DNA from: Sphagnum compactum
Taxonomy: Eukaryota
Length of the DNA stretch: 64,000 nucleotides
Direction of reading: 5' to 3'
Assembly (NCBI GenBank): GCA_965153455.1
Contig: OZ234493.1
Span: 32,602,213 to 32,666,212, forward strand
Shown: piece after piece, positions 23,108 through 35,312 of the stretch
Position numbering within the stretch: the stretch's first letter is position 1
How the letters are laid out: the number at the start of each line of letters is the position of its first letter
Translations under genes and position numbers: made by a program
The notes under the pieces: generated by a model
The model's input: only the letters and a program-made list of their open reading frames with translations
What the model was told of the DNA's origin: nothing
Database searches by the model: none

Positions 23108-23612
23108 TGTCTCGACTTCGTTTGTCCCTGCTTGGTTGGTTGTAAGAAACGCAAAGCTCCCTCCAACAACACCAGTAGCAACAGTAGTAACGCGCTCCTT
23201 CCGGCAACAACAACACGAGTAGCAACAACTCAAGAATTTCAAAAGCACAAGAAATCTGTTGCTTTCAACATGAAGCAACAGGGAATATAGTTTTTCTAGA
23301 ATTGAAAATGCAAAGCAAGAAAGAAATGAAATGTATGTAGACGGTGGCCGTGCAATGGCCGCTGTGAGCATCTAGAAATCCTAGCTTATGATGGAGAAAA
23401 CTCCTAACAAAGGAATTCTAGAAAAACTAAAGGAGAAGGGCAAAGCTTGGCCCTTTTATACAGCCACCAAAGCTGAAACCCTAAATACCTAATAGCGTAC
23501 AGTCACTTATGAACGCACATTAACCCTACAAACGTACATTAGCCCTCAAAAGACATGATGGGCATGCCCGTAGCCGGCCATCATGTATGAGGCCGTGCAT
23601 ACGGGCATGACA
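23108..23612 (-). promoter_or_regulatory. 5' LTR-like module (505 bp, TGTC...GACA bounded) with TATA box and no 3' counterpart
   Basis: On the - strand it begins TGTCATG (23612), contains TATAAAAG (23460-23453) and ends GTCGAGACA (23108). Confidence 0.55.
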
Positions 23613-26339
23613 TGGTTAATTAGAGCTTGCCAACACAAATTTTGAATTTTTCTTCCAAATTTCGTGCATTAATCCATGAATACTTCTATTGGAACACTAA
23701 ATTTACTCAAGAAAAACTTCGTGCCCTAATCCATGAGTACTTTTGTTGGAACACCAAATCTACTCAAGACCTAATCTAAAAATGCATAAATGGCCCTCTC
23801 ATTATTTTTGTCTCAAATGGTGGCAATTCAATCCACTTCAAAAAATGTTCAATCATAACCAACACATAGTAGTTATGATGAACAATAAGCTTAATGGCCC
23901 AACAAAATCCGAGCTCCATTGGTATCCAAGCCCCATGATTGGTAGAGGTTGTAAATGAAGGGTGGGTGCATTAAATGAGGCATGAACCTAGTCACACACT
24001 ATGCATTGTGAACCTCCATTGAACCTCCAATTACATGCCTTTCCACTAATATTGGCCTTGAAGCAAATTGTAGGTTTGACGTATCCCAAAATGTCCCAAC
24101 TCCTATGGGTATGTCTCACACTGCTTTCTCACATTTTTGGTCATGGTACCACTTGTACATGCTCATCTTGCCATATCCTGAGAAGGTGTTGGCCTTTCCA
24201 ATGATATCTTTTGGCCTTTTGAAGAACCCAATCTTTTTCCTTGAATGTTAATCCTACATCCAATTCCCTTATTTGTAAATAGGTCAACATTTGGGCATCC
24301 CCAAAGATGTCCATAGATCTAATGTCATCAAGTTTAATTTCCAAATTCCTAGAAGTGCCTAAAGGATTCACTTGAACTTGACATGATACCTCTTAGCAAC
24401 CATTTGCCATGATGCAAATAAATGAAACAACATGCCAACCAAACACTATCTCCAAATCAATTTCCCCATGCCAACGTGCTCCAATGGTGTCCAAATCACT
24501 AGCACTTGGGTTCCTATTCAACCCATCCACATCCTTATTAACTATCATGGCCCAATGTTTGGCATCAAAATCATATTCTTGAATAATGAAAGCCCATCTT
24601 GACAACTTCCCCATGAACTAGTTAGACTCCATGAGCCACTTCAATGGCTGGTGATCTATGACCAAATGAATGGGCTACCAAACAAATAACATGTGGCCAT
24701 GGCCCACACAATTGCCAAAAAATTCCCTCACATGAACTATATTAGGCCCTTATTTGGTTGTTGGACTAGCTTGCATAAGCAACCACAACTTTTGATTTTC
24801 CTCATTAGGTTGTATGAGGACTGTTCCAAGTCCCAAAACACTCCAATTTGTCTGCAACTGGAAAAGACAACCCCTAATAGGTCACCTCAAAATGGGTGCA
24901 GAATTAAACTTAATTTTCAACTCTTAAAATTTTTGTTCTTGTGCATCCCCCCAAATGAACTTTTCATTGACCTTGGTAAACTAGTTAAAGGTTTCGGAAT
25001 CCGACTAAAACCTTTGACAAATTGTCGGTAATAGTTTGCCAACCCAAAGAATGCTCTTAACCTACTAACATCAATTGGTCTTGGAACCTTGGAAATTGCA
25101 TCCACCTTGGCCTTTCGAATTCCCAAACCTCATGGGTAAATCATGTGGCCCAAATATTCAACTTGGGATTGAAAGAACTTATATTTTCCTGGGGTTTAAA
25201 CCATGCACCCCCAAACAGTCAAACACATTTTGCAAATGATGATTATATGTGCTCCTCCATGGTGGAATTAAACACAATGATGTTCTCAATGTAGCATGTG
25301 GCAAAATCCAAACTTGCAAGCACCCGATCCATCACCTTCTGGAATTCTATAAAGGCATTCTTCAACGCAAAAGGTAAGAATTTCCATTGATGTACAAACA
25401 ATCCTTCCCATTTTGGTCAATGCCCCATAATGCAATCTTCACCTTGTCATTTTCACAAAATGGCAATTGGTGATATCCAGATCATAAATCCAAAGCGTTA
25501 AACACCTTCGTATGGCCAATTAAATAAAAAATCTCCTTTAACAATGGCATGGCATATTTTTCTGGACATGTCATGTACACTTGTTGGTACGTCTATAATA
25601 TCCACACATCTAACATTTAATATAATTGCAAAGATGTCTTTTTTGGCAGGCGTATTGTGGCTAATGCATACTCCCCTTGAAAAAGCTCCACCAACCCTAC
25701 CTCTAAAAGTTCTTTTATTCGAGCTTTAACCAAAACTAATTTCATATCATTTAATTTGTAAAATCTTTGAAAAATAAGGGTATCATCTAAGCTAATGTGT
25801 ACTTCTTGCCCCTTGAATTTACCCAGCTACTTGAGGTTGAAAGCAAAACAATGAACATAATCATGTAACAATTGTCGCATCTTGCATGCCTCACTTCCTA
25901 TTACCATGAGATCGATTTTTGGTTCCCATGTTTCTATAATTGTAGGTGCCTTGGTATTGGATGGTGACTCATCCTTAATGCTCGAGGTTGAGGCTACACC
26001 TTATAATTGCTACATGAAGCCCCCATTGCATGTGCATCTGAAAGTCCCTTCACCTTCTTCAAACAAGTCCAAAATCTTGGATGCATTCATCATGTATGTT
26101 CCTCATTCCAAACATTGAGCATTCATGGCATCCATCACCCTTTCCCTTCGTGCAACATCCCATAATTGCCAAGGGTGTTTGGCCCATGTAGGATCACTAG
26201 ATGTGACCTTGTGATCATGCCACCCCCCCTACATGAATGCACTTGTCCCAATATGAAATGTAGGATAAGGTGAAGTAGAAAAATGGTTTAGTGGATGGGT
26301 AATTTACAATCATCGTTGTTCAACCAAACCTAGGTTAAT

Positions 26340-27030
26340 GACCCAAGTGAGATAGTTCAAGTCCATGACTTGACTAAGAAATCAATATTTGATGGCCTTT
26401 GATAAACCAAAAACATATGTGGTGTTTATATGGAACCATGTAACACACTTTTGGTTTTTAGCATTGGGTTTTGCCCAACAAGAATGTTTGGAATCCCAAA
26501 ACATACTAGGACCATTATCACAAAAAAATATGAACTTGGAAAGTTCATGATTATGGGCAAGGCTCCCTATGATTGGCCCACCTTGTTGACAATGGCAAGA
26601 GGTGGTTGATCATCATGTTGCACTTGTGAGATGTGTTTTGTATTCAAAATAACATTCACAATAAGGCTTGCATGTTGTGGCACCAAATCAAATGCCCATT
26701 GCAACAACTCAAGTGGTGTTAAATTAATCTAGAACTAACATAACCAATGTGCATGTGATTTCACTAATGTAGCATCCTCCAAAATTGGTTTGCCCACCCA
26801 AGTATGAACTTGGCACCATGCCACCAAAACTTATGACCGAAAATCACATATTGGAAGAAAATTCTCCAAAAGGTAAATGAATGGTTATTCTTGAATGGTA
26901 TGTAGATGTGACAACACTTGTAATAGGTTCCAAATTTTTTTTATCACATGTCAAGTAATCCACCACATGTGTTTACATGAAAATGCCCTTGACATGGCCA
27001 TCCAACTATCACTATATTCATGGGGCCAAC
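26340..27030 (-). pseudogene. Decayed C5 cytosine methyltransferase domain of the older element
   Basis: Manual translation gives GPMNIVIVGWPCQG (26986-27027, motif IV), FIYLLEN (VI), GKPILEDATLVKSHAHWLC*F*INLTP (VIII) and FLSQVMDLNYLTW (X, ~26341-26381). Confidence 0.85.
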
Positions 27031-30000
27031 ATTATCCAAATCTTATGTTTCTTGTCATGTCCTCAAGTGGAGGTGGGACATCATTTACATCCAAATTTCC
27101 TTCTAGTAGTCCCATCCCCCAAGGTAACATGCTAGCAAATCCAGGCAATATGGTAACACCACCCACATATCCAACACCTCGTGCAAAATATTGGACTTGG
27201 AGTTGTGTGTGATGCCCATTTCCTAATTGCCACCCAAGTCTATGGGAAGTAGTTTCCTCCCAAAAGTTCAATACAAATCCCATGGGATACAACACGACAC
27301 CCCAAACCAACACATCATAAGATTAGGCATTTGTCACCACAACTTGGACTTGAGTGGTTGATTGTTTTGTTGGGTGGTTGGGGTTCAACTGCACCAAAGT
27401 ATTAGTCTTGGTAAGCCCATGGGCCTTCTTTGATGCACCCATTGATGTCTAAATCTAATATGGGCATGGTTGAAGGTTTTCATTTGTCATGCCAAGACCC
27501 ACAAATGTTGATTGGCCCAATGTCACTGGTTGGGCACTAAAATCCAATACAACCTCTTGAAGGCAAAATGTTTGCCCATGTCCATTGCTCTTGAGCTAAA
27601 AACACCTTCTTTGTTGCACACCAAAACCACTCTTGGTGTCAACAATGCCCAATCAATGGTGGGTTGTGTCGAAAGGTTGGATAACTGGCAATTGATGTTT
27701 GTCATGAAATGTCCACCTCAGAATGTATTGTTTCTTGAGGTTTTTTCTTTAAGTTAATTGTTGGGAACAACTTTGATGTCATATCTATAATCACACATGC
27801 CATTCTTCCACTTTCACATAAAATGGCCACAAGTCAAAAAATGGGAATTGGCTGTATTTTAAGGTTTGCCAAGGTGATAGCCAAAATAATGAGGTGTGGC
27901 AAATGGATGTAGCCACCCCCAACATCACCCCACACACATCCAACCTAGAAGATGAAGATCATCATTTTGTTAACTTTCTGAGAACATGCCCCATGCTTGG
28001 GGATGTGGATGTATTAGTTAACATTGTTTTAGCCAATGTGAATGATTGGGGAAGATGCACTTAACACCTAGCCTCCCCCCTTTGAGTGTCGAATCCCTTA
28101 ATGGGCCACTTTAAAAAATCATTGTATTAAACTTTTAATGCAATACTTGAACTTGGAGGACTTAGGTATTTCATTCAATTTCAATATATATGTTTAATAT
28201 CTGGAATGTTTTTTACCCTTCTTTTCAACACCATAAATTTATTTTTTGATTATGTAGTTTCAAACAACTGGTATTGACTAACTATGTTTTTATCATGAAA
28301 TTGATGATGACCATCACATTATCACATTATTGTAGAAAATGAAACATTGGAAACCATTGGGGAATAGATTAACAAATGAAGATTTGTTCAATTTCCAAAA
28401 TGCGTTCCTCTGAAAACTCAATGATAAAGAAAAAAATCATTATTGTGGTAATGAATATAATGATCTATCAACAAATGCAAAAGTACAAAATAGTTATTTT
28501 CAAGTTACTTTTTGTTAATGTGTTGTATTTTCCCCCAATTCTTTATATCTTTATTTGTGTGAATCACTCACTTTTTTCTCAAAGCATGTAAAATCATTCA
28601 TTACATTAAGAGTTTCAATTTTTTGCTGCAAATACATTAAATTTGTCATCATGTTTCAAGGTTGTGTGGAAAGGAACTCATTTTTTTCATAACAAGAAAG
28701 TTATCGTTTAATGCATCCATGTAGATTCATTGCATGCTCACTACTTATTTGCACCCATGACCTTTCTCTTGATCATAAGCTTTGAATAAGGAATTTAACC
28801 TTGTTGATTTGGTTAAAGGTAAAAACACCCTATTCAAATAATCTTCATAAAATTTTCACATGACAAGAAAAAACTTTTCTTTAAGAAAAAAAATTGTGCT
28901 AAAATGTTGACATGAAATAGATAATTATTTTTTGCAAATTTTTAATGCTTTTATAAGAACTTGTAAACATGTCCAAAAATAATAATTCTGGGTAAATTTT
29001 TCATTAAAATGTTGACACACTTCAGTTTTTGGGCAATTTTCATTCAATTTCAATAGTTATCTACAAACTTTTTGCTAAAATTCGCTAAATCTTGTTTGGA
29101 ATGATTACTAACAATTCCACATTAAAAAAATTGGACCCAAAAAAAAAAAGCACACTACTCCAAAATAACAAGCAAGTATTTTGTTTTAAACTATTATGAT
29201 TTGTATAAAAAGATAAACTTGCCATCCATCCCCCAACCAATTTTGGCTTAAGGATTGTCTAAGCATGAAACATTTGAACCCACGTAGGTTAGGAGGGCTA
29301 TGGATGAAATTATATAAAAAATGTGAATGAGATTGGACTTAAATAATAAAAATAAAAATAGAACAAAATTGATCCAAACTTGGATTATCACCATAATCGA
29401 ATAATTTGAAGTGTGACTAGGATTAACTTGGTCTAATCAAAACCCATTTGGAACCAATCCAAAAATCGACCAATATGCAATTGAAATGGATGTTTGGAAT
29501 GGTTGTGGCCTAGACAAATCTAATAGAACATGAAAAATTCAATTAAATGTAAAAAAAATTGAATTGAAATTAGTTTGAGAATAGACTGAAATTAATTAAA
29601 CGCATCATGCCATTTATATATTTATTATAAATCCTTTTATGAAATATCTAGACCCAAATGATACCATAGCTTAGAAAAAATTGAATAGATGATTTGAAAA
29701 GTTAAACAAAATTGAGCCTAAATTAGTTTGAGATCATAGACAAATTAATTAATATTATATAGTTATTATATTAAAAGTATTACACTTGGGCTTCACATTA
29801 CTAGTGATGATCAATTGATGAAAAAAATGAATTGATTTTTTGAAAATAAATTTCAAGTGAAGTATTTGAATGACATTGCATGCAACCTGAATTGAAATTC
29901 AATTTCAAATAAATTAAATCAAATTGAACAATTGGATTAAAATTCAATGGAATTGAATTCAAATTTAATTGAAGAGAAATGAGATGCAAATTGGTGGAAT

Positions 30001-30562
30001 TTTTTAAAATTATATGATTGCACCACTTTAGAACTTATATATGAAAGGCACAAACTAGAAAGTGTTGATAATGTAAACTAGTATGACACAACCTTTTCTC
30101 ACAAACCCAAAGAACTAAGTACTGATCATAGTGAGTATACCCACTCAAGGAAAATTTAAATGAGATCCATGTCCATAACTTATTATTCAACGATTTCAAG
30201 TCAATATATTCAGTGAGATGAGCTACAAAGTGCATGATATTACATATGCTTGACTATTTGTTGTCAACAGTTTTTTTTAGCAACGATGTCTCTCAACTGG
30301 GGGTTTTGAGGATGTAGATCACCAAACTGGATTACAATATTTCCTGTTGCTCTTGACAGCTGAGAGGGTCATGCTAATTTATTTGCAGCAAAACCTCGCT
30401 CTGCATACCTCTCATTCAACGAATTTTGATTATTCATAGCATCTAGTTCCTTGTGAGCTGTGGAACAGAGAGTGCTCTATTTTCTGCTTTTTCATTAGCA
30501 ACATTGACATACACATAGGAATAATTGGTAGATAACTTACATGAAGGAACCTCGAAACTGGA

Positions 30563-33270
30563 TTATGAGGATGAAAATAGCTGGTTTGGGCTGCTTTGAA
30601 CATCTGAGAAGCCTGTCCTCAGAACATGGGAAGATTCATGTCGTCTATCCATTACTCCCTTAATTGAGTTTGCACACTTCAATGCAAGTTTATCTGAGTT
30701 GCACTCCAAGGCCACTGACAGGAGCTTTATCCAATTATCTGAAAGAAGATCCGATTACAGAAACGCAAATTCAGGTTTTAAACTAAACATAAGTCATGTC
30801 GGTAACAATTAAAACGATTGGTGCCATAATGCGCATTACCTTGTGTAGCCTGGATCAAGTCCTCACAAATGAAGACCAAGCTTGTTATACCATACTGCAA
30901 AAACCACCACTATTATAGCATTACTGTTTTGCATTTGCGCTATGTTCCTCAGGAATGAATCGGCCTTTGGAATACACTGGCACATTTGTTTAAGGTGGTA
31001 GACTACTCTAAGTATTTCACAGGCAATTTATGTTGTTTAACCTGATAATACCCCAATCAATGAGTGGACAAAGAGAGCAAGACAACTATTCTTGTTGTTA
31101 GTCAACTCAAATTTTGTGACTCCCTTACAAAGGATATCAAAATGCTGCTTCCCTATGTACATCTGAAGAAAAGGCTTCAAATTCTTCACACCTTGTGAGC
31201 TGCAAGTAGAAGATCAAGACCCCTCTGCTCCATGAAGTGATGGTCAACCTCACCAGTATAAAGAAAGGCAACCATTGCCTTCACCACGTTGAAGGATGCT
31301 TCGTTGAGATCCAATCTATTGGCATATGATGCTGCCGCAATCTCAAGATTCAACTTCAGGACCTGAACATAATAGTAGGAAATGCACTTAAAACCTTCAG
31401 ATATCTAGATAGTATCCCACAAGAGCCATGTGTCACTTGGGGCAACTGAATCTTAGGTGATACGAACAGAATTCTTTTCATAGTCACAAGCTCTTGTGTG
31501 CTAAATAAAATTCTATCATCACCTGCCAATAGGAGTACATGTCAAAACAGACTCTCCATGATGTAGTTGATAGAGGCAAGCAATTAAGAATCCTGCCAGT
31601 AATCCAAAGAGCAAGGCAACAACTAGATACAACTAACTCTCTGTGTCATCCTCCATTTTCAATGACATAAAGAGAGACCATTACATGAGATTGGTGACCG
31701 AGAAATATCTACCTTTGATGCCTCAGATAGGAGGAGCTTGAGGACAGTGATGTTTTTCCCCTCTGCCCAGACTTCAACCAACTCATGCTTTCCACTTTCA
31801 AAAACCTTGGCCCAATTTTGCTGGATGGTAGTAGCCATTGGCCTTGGTGAAGCTGGTTCATTCTTTCCATGGTAATGATCAATGGTTGCTCCCGCCAAAA
31901 GCTTAAGCATGCCGTCCCAATGCCGATACTCCCACCCTGCTCACACATAAGAGGGCTTAAACCATTCAAAACAGCCAGAAATGCCCAGCTATCCAAGGGA
32001 CAGTTAACTGCCTGAAAAGAAATCTAATTTGAATCATTTCAATAATCTGATTGGTATGTGCCATGTGTATCCAAATGGGAGAGGCCAATGCTAAAAGCAG
32101 TGCTTACAGTTAACTGCCTACATCAGACATCCTTTCAGCTCTCCTCAATTCCTGAGGGAGGCAGCTGAATGTGCACCAACTGACTGGTTGGATCAGCAAG
32201 TACTTTGTCTTTCATGATGCTCAAATATTGCCACCAAGATTCATCTGGAGGAAATGGCAGAGTTGTGAAGATCACCCACCCCGTAGATAGAGAGATGATT
32301 TCAACTCCAAAGCTATGAGCAGTGGAGTCTTTTGGCCAAGAGTAATTCTCCTGGTTTCCAATAGGGTCTCTCCATGTGATGACCTTTTGTCCTTGTGAGC
32401 AATTGAGATCTTCTGAGCTGATGGTGGAACTGCCGCTTTAAGGCATACATCTGCGCCATTATCAAGCAATATCCTTGTTATCTCCAAACTCCGGCTGTTC
32501 TCATACTTGTAGACTGCCCAATGCAGTGCTGTCACACCCTGCAAAACAGAACTGTCATCAATCTCTTGCCTCCCTGAGCCCCCTTCTACTCAGACCTAAC
32601 TACAGTTTGGCAATCTCCTTCAAAGGTCTTGACAAACTGTCTGCCTTCTTTTGGTTGTGCTGTCTCAACCATTGGCGGCTCTAGACTGAAGCATCTGTAC
32701 TGGATGTCAATAATTATTCTCCTTTCAAATGGTGTTGTGAATCGACAGAACAAGAGAGAGGAGAAGGGTGCAGATCCAGTAGATGCATGGCAACACAGAT
32801 GAGATAATAACATTTGTTCCAAACGTTAGCAGAATGCACGAGGTACAGCGGGGTTTCTGAGAACAGAGATATGTTCAGATTGTCGATTCTTGATCGGAAA
32901 TAGGATTCACGGATATAAGGCCAGGCTTCCTAAGTCTAGCTCAAAGAACTGAGAACTGGAGTTCAGCATTTTTCAACAACAACAGCAACAACAAAAATAG
33001 CATAGAGAGAACAAAACAAACAAACTCCAAATTCTGGACTAAGTGCTGGCTGGCAATCTAATAAGACTTTTCTCTCACCTCATCATTGTAAGCATTGACG
33101 TCGATCTTGCGGTTTTTGAGTATGACCTGCAGCGTATTGGCATTATCCTCCTCTACACAGCGGAAGAACGTGGCTTGATTGATTAGCTTCAGGCGTTGAA
33201 CGCCGGCATCATCATCGGAAAGCCCGACTGCCTGCATACTTGATGCGATCTCCTGCTGCAACCCTGCCAT
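30563..33270 (-). CDS. Ankyrin-repeat and BTB/POZ domain protein, about 6 exons
   Basis: Spliced exons give IDVNAYNDE|GVTALHWAV...ILLDNGADV...KTPLLIA (ankyrin). BTB-like segments are NITVLKLLLSEASK, FNVVKAMVAFLYTGEV, LLLAAHK|YGITSLVFICE and DNWIKLLSVALECNSDKL. The stop TAA is at 30563-30565. Confidence 0.82.
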
Positions 33271-33644
33271 ATCTCTTCTATTGTGGATCCAAATCTTCTC
33301 TAACCTCCAAACTCCCTATTGATCCGATACAGTTTCTGACACAGACACAAGAAACTACAGCCCTGATCGATAATCCTCTCTCTTTCTCTGGTATTTCTTT
33401 TCAAAAGAGAGGTTCCAGAAAGCACGCAGAGCACGCGAAGCAGAGCGTTCTTCCTCCGCTTTGCTTTCCCACACTGTTGTGGTGTGTAGTAGTGTGTAGG
33501 CTACCTATCGAGGTTTCCTGACAAGAACGTACTCCACAGTCGGCAACACGTGGCATCATCTGGTTAGTTCCTCTTCTACCATTTCGACTAGTCTGTCAGA
33601 CTGTCAGCACTCATCCTTGCCACGTGGATGCCACATCATACAAA

Positions 33645-34680
33645 CCGGCCCTTACAACCACGGTCCCCGTCAAGCATGTAATTTGTCCCTTTGTAACCAT
33701 CGTCCCTTAAGCTTGAATGTTGGCCCTTACAACCATGGTCCGGCAAGCATGAAAATTCGTCATTCTTTACAACCATGGTCCCCCCTCAACCATGAAATTT
33801 GTCCCTTTATAACCATGATTATCCCTTAAGCTCAAATATTGTCCCTTACAACCACCACGGTCGCTTAAGCATGACTATCATCCCTTACAACAACCATTGT
33901 CCCTTAAGCATGAATATCAGCCCTTACAACCACCATCGTCCCTTATGCTTGAATATTGTCCCTTACAACAACCATTGTCCGTTAAGCATGAACATTGGCC
34001 CTTAAATATCCGTCCTTTAATCATGAATATCATTCCTTACTACAACCAGGTCCCTCCTACAAAGCATGGAATTCGTCCCTGAACAACCTTGCTGCCTCAA
34101 GCATGAATTTCGTCCCTTGACTATGAGTCCCTTAATCGTGGACTTTGTTCCTTGCAACCTTGGTCCTTCTGAAGCATGAATTCATTCCTTAACTATAGGT
34201 CCCTTAATCATGAATTTGTCCCTTATCTGGTTGGCTTTTTCACACTGCAATTATATTCATTCTCATTTCAGGTCAGACTGTGGTGAGTTGTGCTTCTCAT
34301 GTGGATGTCATATCACACGTCTGTCCCATTAACCATGGTCCCCCAAGCATGAACTTGTCCCTTAATCATGGTCCATTTAATTGTGAATTCGTCCCTTTAA
34401 GCATGCCCCCTCAAGCATGAACTTGTCCCGTGACTATGGTCCATTTAATTGTGAATTCATCCCTTAAGCATGGGCCCTTAAGCATGAACTTGTCCCATAA
34501 CTATGCTCCATTTAATTGTGAATTCATCCCTTAACATGCCCCCTCAAGCACGAACTTGTCCCTTATCCATGGTCCATTGAATTGTGAATTCATCCCTTAA
34601 GCATGGCCCTCAAGCATGAACTGGTCCCTTAACCGTGGTCCATTTAATTGTGAAATCATCCCTTAAGCATGGGCCCTTGA
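33645..34680. repeat. Degenerate minisatellite array (~35-40 bp units, gtcccttacaaccatggtcc...aagcatgaat)
   Basis: Recurrent cccttacaacca / aagcatgaa / ccatttaattgtgaattc cores over about 1 kb. Confidence 0.85.
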
Positions 34681-34690
34681 ACGCACCAAT

Positions 34691-35312
34691 AAAACTGAAA
34701 CTGGGACAGCAAATAGGTGGGGGACTACTAATAGTAAGCCACCTCGACCAATCATTATGATGGGCCAATCAGAAACGCTGAGCACCAGGTAGAACATATT
34801 TATTACACTCGTTTCTGCAGGTGCACAGCGTTGCTGAACCTTTCACCAGCCACGGTTGCCCTGGGCCAATTATGCTGAGCCAAAACCATTTTCCTGAGCC
34901 AAACTGGCATGCGTTGGATTTTCTTCAATCCAATTTTACTGTGCAGGATCACATACCGAGCACCGCTGTAAGAGCATCTCCACAGGTGCCCAGTACGTGA
35001 ACCTACCAAAATATTTCTCACATCCAAGTTCAGTTATTTACTTTTTTGCAATCCCACCCACAAAACTGAAACAAGGACTGCAAATAGGTGAGAACTACTA
35101 ATAGCAAACCACCTGGACCAATCAAAAAACAGGAACACCAGTCAAATCACGTTTATTACACTCTTCTTTAGCAGGTGCACAGCTCTGCTGCGCTATTCAC
35201 CAGCCTCAGCAAACCGAGCAAATATGTAGGAAAAAAAGAATTTTCCTGAGCCACACCGGCATATGTTGATTTTTCTTCATCCAATTTTAATGTGCAGGGT
35301 CACATACTGAGC
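34691..35312. repeat. Two tandem diverged copies of an interspersed repeat (starts at 34691 and 35061)
   Basis: aaaactgaaac...gcaaataggtg...actactaatag...tattacactc...gcaggtgcacagc...tccaatttta.tgtgcagg.tcacatac.gagc occurs twice. Confidence 0.75.

Larger units (their letters stand above)
14327..23612 (-). mobile_element. Near-intact Ty3/Gypsy-type retrotransposon (9,286 bp) carrying a DNMT3-like methyltransferase and an integrase-PHD finger
   Basis: Domain order gag-PR-(DNMT)-RT-RH-INT is Gypsy-type. Termini are TGTCGTG...CATGACA (7-bp imperfect inverted repeat). Flanks are tggc (14323-14326) and tggt (23613-23616). Removing the element restores the reading frame of the older integrase. Confidence 0.92.
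13245..27800 (-). mobile_element. Older, heavily decayed Ty3/Gypsy element of the same DNMT+PHD family, split by the younger insertion at 14327-23612 (outer limits approximate)
   Basis: Minus-strand remnants with stops and frameshifts: protease VVLDFSAQPVTLG (~27530-27560), VVTNA*SYDVL, methyltransferase motifs (26340-27030), RT CYIENIIVF (~25270-25295), RNase H/GKLSRWAFIIQEYDF (~24570-24614), integrase ALINH|RITFCDHFKVNGLAKRMVQ across the insertion, PHD (13523-13666) and a PPT-like AAGGAGGGGGGA at 13245-13256. Confidence 0.85.

Noticed and set aside
21895-23371. Cluster of overlapping Ala/Arg/Cys-rich ORFs on both strands (up to 256 aa)
   Set aside because: They arise from stop-poor GC-rich tandem repeats in the retroelement leader, are low-complexity and show no domain motifs.
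32109-32244. Extra exon in the ANK-BTB gene
   Set aside because: It has an AG acceptor but reaches an in-frame TGA. Skipping it joins the flanking exons in frame (LYLR|GWEYRHW).
33645-34680. CRISPR-like appearance of the repeat arrays (also 4654-4866, 22093-22350, 55415-55762)
   Set aside because: Units are contiguous tandem copies without unique spacers, there are no cas genes, and the context is eukaryotic.
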